NCBI GenBank assembly: GCA_036384495.1
Contig: DASVMD010000076.1
Location: 1 to 49,460 of the forward strand
Length of the DNA: 49,460 bases
Origin: Candidatus Saccharimonadales bacterium
GTDB lineage: Bacteria > Patescibacteriota > Saccharimonadia > Saccharimonadales > UBA4665
Direction of reading: 5' to 3'
The notes beneath the pieces were generated by a model. It saw only the letters and a program-made list of their open reading frames with translations, did no database searches and was not told where the DNA came from. Positions 35,046 to 41,563 of this stretch are shown here, in pieces; within the stretch, counting starts at the first letter, position 1; the number at the start of each line of letters is the position of its first letter. Made by a program: the position numbers and the translations under genes.

Positions 35046-36554
35046 CTACTGGTTGCGTTTAGGTAGATTTGGAATCACTCGCATAACAGGGATGCAGACA
35101 TTCCGGCCTTTCCAGATGACTTCGCCGAATTCGTATTGCCACATGGAGTAGTTGAGGAGCCCGATGTCATACAAAACCGCGAATGGCGCTACGAGAATGC
35201 TCCAAATGACGAGGGAGCGATAGGTGAGCGTTACGATTCGCCCGTATACGATGGCCAGTAGAATGCTGATTACCAGATTAACCGCTAGTAGCGGCCAGTT
35301 CTCAACGACCACACTGTATATCACCAGCCCAAACGGCGCCAAGAGACTGGCAGCTTCTATCAGGCTAACTACTCCGACTAGTTCCACGCGCCTATGCAGC
35401 TGTGGGTACCGAGTGCGGATTGCCGTGGCACGCTGGTCGCTAAAGCCCTTAAGGCTCGAAAGGCCAATTTGCGCGCTACTTTGCACAAAACTGTAACCGT
35501 CGCTGGTGCGAGCCGTAAAACGGGCAAAATGACTCTCTGGCGAATGACTGCGGCTGACCGCTTTAAAGCCTCCGGCGGCATGCAGCGCTGCAGCAGTAAT
35601 CAGCCAACAGGTGCTCAGCACGGGTGGACGCTCCAGCCAGCGTCGTGGAAGAGCCAATTCCCAAGCATATCGCCCAGGCTGCACTAATAGAGATTGTAGC
35701 GAGCCCCTTTGGCGCCGGTTATGGGGAATAACGCAGAGCATGGTCTTCTTTTTGGTCAGCAGAGTCTCTACTAATACCCTTAGGCTGTCCGGCTCAAAAC
35801 GGGTGTCAACGCCACAAAATAGCAGTAATTCGCCGCTAGCTTGCTTCGTAAGCTGCTGGTAAGCGTAGTTTTTGGCCACCCACTCCTCAGGCGGGGCTTC
35901 ACCAGCCACGAAGCGCACGCCTTGTTGGGCAAAATCACGGATAATCTCGGTGGTGCGGCGGCTTTGCGAACAGTCGTCGAGCACCAGAATTTCTAACTTC
36001 GGATAGGTGCTGGCCACCAATGATTCCAGACACTGTTGCAGATCTTCAGTCTCATTACGGGCCGGAATTGCTACCGTCAGGCTAGGCAGATCGCGGTCGG
36101 CATAGGCTTCCTCTATAACTGGCGGTTGGCTGGTTTTGAGGTGTCGACGGGTGGAAGCATACAAAATCACTGCCATCACAAGTTGCAAGCCAGCTAACAG
36201 GTACAGATACGGCAACACACCAAGACCCAGCAAATTGTGGGCTGCAGCCAGCAGAGCCATTCCAATCTGAATGCTAATCAGCCAAAAACTGGAGCGTCGC
36301 GCCACCGTGAACATGTAATCGGCTTGGCTATTGCCCTCGGCTACGCGCAGCAAGTTAATCACGCGGTAGGCACTAAAAAACACCAGTATGCCGGCCCAAA
36401 CCGTTGGGAAGAAGCCAAATAACAGCGCGCTGGACACCGTTACGAGCAGGCCTAACAGATTAGCCAGTAGCTTATGCCAGCGCCATAGCGAAGGCAGCCA
36501 CAAAAAGAGTTCCAGAGCACAGACAACGATAAAACAGATAAGCGCAAGCGTCAT
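35046..36554 (-). CDS. integral-membrane family-2 glycosyltransferase
   Basis: 502 aa. Four N-terminal TM segments are followed by a GT2 core (LTVAIPARNETEDLQQCLESLVASTYPKLEILVLDDCS...FCGVDTRFEP) and then C-terminal TM segments. Confidence 0.8.
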   Translation of the reverse strand: MTLALICFIVVCALELFLWLPSLWRWHKLLANLLGLLVTVSSALLFGFFPTVWAGILVFFSAYRVINLLRVAEGNSQADYMFTVARRSSFWLISIQIGMALLAAAHNLLGLGVLPYLYLLAGLQLVMAVILYASTRRHLKTSQPPVIEEAYADRDLPSLTVAIPARNETEDLQQCLESLVASTYPKLEILVLDDCSQSRRTTEIIRDFAQQGVRFVAGEAPPEEWVAKNYAYQQLTKQASGELLLFCGVDTRFEPDSLRVLVETLLTKKKTMLCVIPHNRRQRGSLQSLLVQPGRYAWELALPRRWLERPPVLSTCWLITAAALHAAGGFKAVSRSHSPESHFARFTARTSDGYSFVQSSAQIGLSSLKGFSDQRATAIRTRYPQLHRRVELVGVVSLIEAASLLAPFGLVIYSVVVENWPLLAVNLVISILLAIVYGRIVTLTYRSLVIWSILVAPFAVLYDIGLLNYSMWQYEFGEVIWKGRNVCIPVMRVIPNLPKRNQ

Positions 36555-36587
36555 ACAGGTACTATAGCAAATCTACTGCAAACTCGC

Positions 36588-36616
36588 TTGACCCCTGAGC
36601 TCCTGCCTGATATACT
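36588..36616 (+). promoter_or_regulatory. promoter-like TTGACC-17 nt-TATACT upstream of secE
   Basis: TTGACC is at 36588-36593 and TATACT at 36611-36616. Confidence 0.5.
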
Positions 36617-36627
36617 TGACTTCAATC

Positions 36628-36651
36628 GCCTACAAATGCTGTAGGCTTTTT
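36628..36651 (+). terminator. terminator-like hairpin in the secE 5' leader
   Basis: A perfect 7-bp stem pairs GCCTACA (36628-36634) with TGTAGGC (36640-36646). The loop is AATGC and it is followed by TTTTT. It lies only about 12 nt downstream of the -10 box. Confidence 0.45.
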
Positions 36652-36684
36652 AATTGGGCGAGTAACGGTGGGAGAAGCGAAATC

Positions 36685-37077
36685 ATGGCTGACAAAGAAC
36701 AGGCAAAGCGACGAGTAAAGAACCCTGAAACCTTCCGCGAGAAGGCACTCAAAGCCGCCGAAACAGATGAGCAGCCAAGCACTGTTTCGCGTGTCAAATC
36801 TGCCAGCGGTAAAGTTACGAGTCCCGTAACCGGCCCAATCGGCCGCTTAGGACGATGGCTGGGCAAATTCAAGGTATTCCGCATTATTAGCCGCATTCTG
36901 GTGCCTAAGTACTTCCGCCAGAGCTATCAGGAGCTCAAATTGGTCACCTGGCCAAGCTGGGGCGAAAGCCGTCGCCTCACCGGTGCGGTACTGGTTTTTG
37001 CCATCGTCTTCGGGGGCTTAGTCGCTCTGGTAGACTTCGGACTCGACAAGTTATTTAGAAACATATTACTAAAGTAA
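36685..37077 (+). CDS. secE: preprotein translocase subunit SecE
   Basis: I chose the ATG at 36685 (MADKEQAKRR...). The C-terminal SecE signature is YQELKLVTWPSWGESRRLTGAVLVFAIVFGGLVALVDFGLDKLF. Synteny is secE-nusG. Confidence 0.85.
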   Translation: MADKEQAKRRVKNPETFREKALKAAETDEQPSTVSRVKSASGKVTSPVTGPIGRLGRWLGKFKVFRIISRILVPKYFRQSYQELKLVTWPSWGESRRLTGAVLVFAIVFGGLVALVDFGLDKLFRNILLK

Positions 37078-37088
37078 GAGGATAATTT

Positions 37089-37631
37089 ATGAGCAAACGC
37101 TACGACACAAGCAAACAATGGTACGCCATCCACACCTACAGCGGCTACGAAGAGAAAGTCGCTGAAAGCATCCGCCAGCGCGCCGATAGCCTGGACATGG
37201 CCGACAAAATCTTTGAAGTCTTGGTTCCTAAAGAAAAAATGATCGAAATCAAGAACGGTAAACGCCGAGTCGTCGAAAAGCGCATTTTCCAGGGGTATGT
37301 TCTGGTGCATATGAAGCTCTCGGAAGATGCCTGGTACATCGTACGCAATACGCCATCTGTTACCGGTTTTGTCGGTTCCGGCACCGATCCTACCCCTGTA
37401 GAACCCGAAGAAATCGAAAAAATCCAGAAGCGCATGGGTCTTGAACAGCCCAAGCACAAAATCGACTTTAACATCGGTGAGGTTGTCAATATCATCGACG
37501 GTCCATTCAAGGGCTTCGACGGCTCAATAAACGAGATTGATCCCGCTAAGGGCAAGCTCAAAGTCTTGGTCAATATGTTCGGCCGTGAAACGCCGGTTGA
37601 ACTGGATGGCCTACAGGTAAAGAGGGTCTAA
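37089..37631 (+). CDS. nusG: transcription termination/antitermination factor NusG
   Basis: 180 aa with an NGN domain (QWYAIHTYSGYEEKV...) and a KOW domain (GEVVNIIDGPFKGFDGSINEID..KGKLKVLVNMFGRETPVEL). Confidence 0.96.
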   Translation: MSKRYDTSKQWYAIHTYSGYEEKVAESIRQRADSLDMADKIFEVLVPKEKMIEIKNGKRRVVEKRIFQGYVLVHMKLSEDAWYIVRNTPSVTGFVGSGTDPTPVEPEEIEKIQKRMGLEQPKHKIDFNIGEVVNIIDGPFKGFDGSINEIDPAKGKLKVLVNMFGRETPVELDGLQVKRV

Positions 37632-37638
37632 ATAAACT

Positions 37639-37857
37639 ATGACGCGTAACGAGGATCTACAGCCATCTCAGGAGGACACTCAGTCTCTTCAGAAAGCAGT
37701 TGCAGCATTATTTGTAGCAGGTACAGTTCAGCTTGGAGTAGAGGCCTTAGCTGGAGGCACTGTTGCTGGAACAGATCCTATAACAACTTTCATTGTGATA
37801 GGAGCAGGCATCACAGCATACAATAGATTCCAACCACGCGATAGATCTGATGCCTAG
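37639..37857 (+). CDS. hypothetical small hydrophobic protein (unassigned ORF between nusG and rplK)
   Basis: 72 aa, starting 8 nt after the nusG stop with an AGAGGG SD. It has two Gly/Ala-rich hydrophobic stretches (AVAALFVAGTVQLGV; ITTFIVIGAGITAY). Confidence 0.5.
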   Translation: MTRNEDLQPSQEDTQSLQKAVAALFVAGTVQLGVEALAGGTVAGTDPITTFIVIGAGITAYNRFQPRDRSDA

Positions 37858-37883
37858 ACAACAGAGGTGAACTGTAGTACAAT
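37855..37883 (+). promoter_or_regulatory. promoter-like TAGACA-17 nt-TACAAT upstream of rplK
   Basis: TAGACA is at 37855-37860 and TACAAT at 37878-37883. A ~80-nt leader follows before the rplK ATG. Confidence 0.4.
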
Positions 37884-37962
37884 AGTGTAGTTACGCACTT
37901 CTGTCTAAATTAATATAGAAAGGGAAGGAGAACGTTGAGCTAGACTCCGTTCGAACATCACT

Positions 37963-38391
37963 ATGGCAAAAGCAGTAAAAGCTAATTTAAAGATGAAAAT
38001 CCGCGCCGGCCAGGCCAGCGCTGCACCTCCAGTAGGTAGCACGCTCGGTCAGTACGGTGTAAACATGATGGATTTTATTAATCCATTTAACGACGCTACC
38101 CGCGAAATGCAGGGCGCAATGGTTACCGCGCACATCACCATTTATGATGATCGCACCATGGACTTCCGTGTTGTCGGTGCGCCTACCGACGACCTGATCC
38201 GCGCTGAACTCGGCATCCAAAAGGGTTCCGGCAAGCCGAACAGCGAAAAGATCGCTAAAAAACTCACCGATGCGCAGCTCACTAAGATCGCCGAAACCAA
38301 AGCGGCCGATATGAACGCCGAAGACGTCGAAGCCATCAAAAAAATGGTTGCCGGCACTGCTCGCAGCATGGGCGTAGAAGTCGAGGGCTAG
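37963..38391 (+). CDS. rplK: 50S ribosomal protein L11 (uL11)
   Basis: 142 aa with canonical L11 sequence (KMKIRAGQASAAPPVGSTLGQYGVNMMDFINPFN...). Confidence 0.97.
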   Translation: MAKAVKANLKMKIRAGQASAAPPVGSTLGQYGVNMMDFINPFNDATREMQGAMVTAHITIYDDRTMDFRVVGAPTDDLIRAELGIQKGSGKPNSEKIAKKLTDAQLTKIAETKAADMNAEDVEAIKKMVAGTARSMGVEVEG

Positions 38392-38392
38392 T

Positions 38393-38749
38393 ATGTCTCA
38401 ACGCGAAAAACTTAATTTTTCAGAACTTGAGACCCTAATAAGCGGTCAGATCGCCATTACCGAGCGCGCTGCAGAGCACGCCGAGGACAGCCAAGTTTCC
38501 ACCGAACTACGCTCGTTGACCGCTCAAACAGCGCTCAACGGATTGCAGCGATTTGCTAAAGGCCAACAACCTCCACTTTACGTGGAAGAAGTACTGCAGG
38601 GCTTGTCACCACAAACTACGCAGGGCTTGGGCGAGCTACTTGGCACCCTGAATCCTGAGGAACTTCGCTGGAATCACAGCGTCAGGACGCAAGCAAATCG
38701 AGTCATTGAATTTGTAGCTAAAGCTCCAGGCCAGCAGGAGGTCCAATAA
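38393..38749 (+). CDS. hypothetical protein (unassigned ORF between rplK and rplA, first of two)
   Basis: 118 aa with its ATG 2 nt after the rplK TAG and a GAGGG SD. Its stop overlaps the next ORF's ATG (TAATG). I recognised no domain. Confidence 0.55.
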   Translation: MSQREKLNFSELETLISGQIAITERAAEHAEDSQVSTELRSLTAQTALNGLQRFAKGQQPPLYVEEVLQGLSPQTTQGLGELLGTLNPEELRWNHSVRTQANRVIEFVAKAPGQQEVQ

Positions 38750-38958
38750 TGGCACGTAATGGAAGGGGACAGATACTGGCGTCGCCCGAGATCACCGTAC
38801 CTGTAGGTCATATCGTCAATCAAGGCGAGACGTTCGATACAATACAGCAACGACGAGAGCAGGGCCTGGACACCAGCGACTTAGCGCCGCTTACAGCCGC
38901 ACAGTTAGGCTATGTTGCCGTTGAAGAGCCCGAAGTAGTAAGACACCTTACAGATTAA
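38749..38958 (+). CDS. hypothetical protein (unassigned ORF between rplK and rplA, second of two)
   Basis: 69 aa, translationally coupled to the preceding ORF, with a GGAGG SD. I recognised no domain. Confidence 0.5.
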   Translation: MARNGRGQILASPEITVPVGHIVNQGETFDTIQQRREQGLDTSDLAPLTAAQLGYVAVEEPEVVRHLTD

Positions 38959-39007
38959 ATAATTGTGGGAGGCTATAGAAGCCGATTGCACCACGAAGGA
39001 GAACATC

Positions 39008-40000
39008 ATGGCAAAGACCAAGAAAGAATTATTAGAACAACTGGCCGCAATGGGCATTGAGGATGTTAATCCGAAACTCAAAATTGCCGAGCTCGAGGAA
39101 ATGATTGCTACCGCACAACCCGCTGAAGCCGAAGCACCTGTGGAAGAATTGGAAATTACCGAATCTGCAGAGGAGCCTAAGGTAGCCAAGGCCGGCAAGC
39201 GCAGCGCCAAAGCTCTGGCCGAAGCCGAAGAAGCCCAAGCCAAAGAAGAACGCAAAGCCAGCGGTGAAGCTGCCGAAAAGCCTAAAGCGCCCGTGGTGCC
39301 AACTCGTTCCCGCCTAGAGCGCCGCGGCAAAGGCTTCCGCAAAAACGCCGAGCAACTTGAAGCCGACAAAAAATACACTCTCGAAGAAGCCATTGCGCTG
39401 GCTAAAAAGACCAGTCATGTTAAGTTTGATGCCACCGTAGAATTGCACATCAATCTCGGTGTTGATCCACGCCACGCCGATCAGAACATCCGTGACAACG
39501 TGCTACTGCCAGCCGGCACCGGTAAAACCATTAAGATAGCCGTACTGAGTGACGACGCTGCAGCTGCTAAAAAAGCTGGCGCAGACATCGCCGGCGAGGA
39601 AGATCTCTTTAAGCTACTCGACAAAGGCACCATGGACTTCGATATCTTGATTGCCACACCAGCCATGATGCCAAAACTCGGCAAATACGCTCGCGTGCTG
39701 GGTCCGCGTGGCCTCATGCCCAACCCAAAGAGCGGCACCGTCACCACCGATATCGCTAAAGCAGTTGCCGAAGCCAAGGCCGGCCGCGTTGAATACCGCG
39801 TCGACACTACTGGTATCGTCCACATGGGCGTTGGCAAGGTCAGCTTCACCGAGGCACGCCTGCTGGAAAACGTTCAGGCAATTTTGGCCAGCATTAAGGC
39901 TAACAAGCCTTCGAGCGTCAAGGGCAACTACTTCAAGACCGCGCACGTTAGCACCAGCATGGGTCCATCCATCGCTGTTGATATCGCCAACATCGCCTAG
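39008..40000 (+). CDS. rplA: 50S ribosomal protein L1 (uL1) with ~110-aa N-terminal extension
   Basis: I chose the ATG at 39008, preceded by a GAAGGAG SD. The canonical L1 core begins near ...KKYTLEEAIALAKKTSHVKFDATVELHINLGVDPRHADQNIRDNVLLPAGTGK.... It is preceded by a helix-extension-helix-like segment (KKELLEQLAAMGIEDVNPKLKIAELEEMI) and an A/E/K low-complexity linker. Confidence 0.92.
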   Translation: MAKTKKELLEQLAAMGIEDVNPKLKIAELEEMIATAQPAEAEAPVEELEITESAEEPKVAKAGKRSAKALAEAEEAQAKEERKASGEAAEKPKAPVVPTRSRLERRGKGFRKNAEQLEADKKYTLEEAIALAKKTSHVKFDATVELHINLGVDPRHADQNIRDNVLLPAGTGKTIKIAVLSDDAAAAKKAGADIAGEEDLFKLLDKGTMDFDILIATPAMMPKLGKYARVLGPRGLMPNPKSGTVTTDIAKAVAEAKAGRVEYRVDTTGIVHMGVGKVSFTEARLLENVQAILASIKANKPSSVKGNYFKTAHVSTSMGPSIAVDIANIA

Positions 40001-40018
40001 TCTCGCTATACTGTAACC

Positions 40019-40744
40019 ATGACAATCATTGGGCTGACAGGCGGCATCGGCCACGGCAAAACCACCTTTGCCGCCGATTTAGCCGCCTGCGCGCCCAGCT
40101 TTGCGACCTACGAATCATCTCTGTTAATTTCCGAGGTGGCCAATGATTTGCGTTCATTTGGCTCACCACGCCCCGATGATATTGACGCCTTAAATACATG
40201 GTTGACAGCTCTACCGGATATACTAGCAACCCGCACGCACGCCACAACAGATATAGATACGCTTAAAATTACCCCCGAGCGACTCAAGAGCCACCCCGAG
40301 TACTACGAAAAGCTCTTCGAGTATCTGCGCGACATCGAGGCAAACCCGGTTAAAGCCAACTCAGTAATTACTCCCGAGAACAAAGACCACTTTCGCACGC
40401 TGTTACAGTGGCTCGGCGGCTATCTGGCCAAAGTCGTGGACGGCGGCATTTGGTACAGAGAGATCATCCGCCGCATACAAGAGGCGCCTCCGGTGGATTT
40501 GGCCTTAATTGGCGGCGTGCGTTTTCCGGCCGATGCCGCAGAGATCCGCAAAGCCGGTGGCCTTATTATTGAAGTGCAGCGCCCGAACTTCGGCGATCAG
40601 GATAAAAACGACCTTACGGAACGTGAACGAGCAAGCATAGTCCCGGATATAACTATTCTTAATGATGGCAGCCTCTTAGATCTTAAGGACAAAGCACAAC
40701 AAACCTATGAAGATATAGTGTCAGCCGCTGTAAATAAGCATTAG
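40019..40744 (+). CDS. P-loop nucleotide/nucleoside kinase, dephospho-CoA-kinase-like N-terminus
   Basis: 241 aa. MTIIGLTGGIGHGKTTFA resembles the CoaE-type GLTGGIGSGKS Walker A motif, but the rest is not clearly CoaE. Substrate assignment is uncertain. Confidence 0.5.
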   Translation: MTIIGLTGGIGHGKTTFAADLAACAPSFATYESSLLISEVANDLRSFGSPRPDDIDALNTWLTALPDILATRTHATTDIDTLKITPERLKSHPEYYEKLFEYLRDIEANPVKANSVITPENKDHFRTLLQWLGGYLAKVVDGGIWYREIIRRIQEAPPVDLALIGGVRFPADAAEIRKAGGLIIEVQRPNFGDQDKNDLTERERASIVPDITILNDGSLLDLKDKAQQTYEDIVSAAVNKH

Positions 40745-40790
40745 CAGTTCTGCGACACCTATTTGCGTAAAAATCACATTATTATTGTAC

Positions 40791-40820
40791 TTGCCTTAAC
40801 CGGCCTGGCTCCTCTACAAT
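40791..40820 (+). promoter_or_regulatory. promoter-like TTGCCT-18 nt-TACAAT upstream of the dcd-like gene
   Basis: TTGCCT is at 40791-40796 and TACAAT at 40815-40820. The GGAGGAG SD at 40835-40841 follows. Confidence 0.4.
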
Positions 40821-40849
40821 AAGACCAAAGTTCTGGAGGAGTACCAACC

Positions 40850-41563
40850 GTGGCCGTATTTAGTAACAAACAGATTCGCCAAGCGCTCGATGACGGGCAC
40901 ATTGTTTGCCATCCGTTTAACCCCAAGCATGTTAGTCACGCCAGCCTTGATGTTACCCTGGGCTATCATTTCTACCGCATTGAGCGGATGCAAGACCGGA
41001 CAATCTATAACCCCTTCGACCGCGAAGATGTAGAGCGCTACTTTGACGGCCCCTACAAAGCCATGCCGCACGGCGAATGGTGCAAATTAAACGGCTTTAA
41101 GCCTGTCGAGAACATTCCGCTCGATCATCCAGTGATTAGCCTCAAGCCGCGCGAACGCATCCTGGCCCATACGCACGAATTCTTTGGCATTAAGCCGCCG
41201 GGCGCCTACGAAGTTAAATCTCGCTCTAGCTGGGGCCGCAATGGCGTAGCTGTCTGCTTTGACGCTGGCTGGGTTGACCCAGGCTATATCAACCGCTTAA
41301 CGCTGGAAATCTACAACCTCAACGAGCGCGAAACCGTGCTGTTGCCCGTGGGCGAACGCATTGCTCAGGCGGTATTCGTGGAAACTGGCGAAGTCGAAGG
41401 CAACTACGGCCAGGGTCGCGATGGCGGTTTTAGCGGTAAATACCAGCAGGGAACCGACCTAGAGACCATTATTAAAACTTGGTCGCCAGATATGATGCTG
41501 CCTAAAGCCTACAAAGACCAGCGCAGCATGCCGCTTAAAATTGAGGGATTGCCGTATGAATAG
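40850..41563 (+). CDS. dcd: dCTP deaminase / dUTPase-superfamily protein (Dcd-like)
   Basis: 237 aa with a GTG start 8 nt after GGAGGAG. The N-terminus SNKQIRQALDDGHIVCHPF....ASLDVTLG and the core KSRSSWGRNGVAVCFDAGWVDPGY.NRLTLEIYN match the Dcd pattern. It is longer than typical Dcd. Confidence 0.82.
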   Translation: MAVFSNKQIRQALDDGHIVCHPFNPKHVSHASLDVTLGYHFYRIERMQDRTIYNPFDREDVERYFDGPYKAMPHGEWCKLNGFKPVENIPLDHPVISLKPRERILAHTHEFFGIKPPGAYEVKSRSSWGRNGVAVCFDAGWVDPGYINRLTLEIYNLNERETVLLPVGERIAQAVFVETGEVEGNYGQGRDGGFSGKYQQGTDLETIIKTWSPDMMLPKAYKDQRSMPLKIEGLPYE

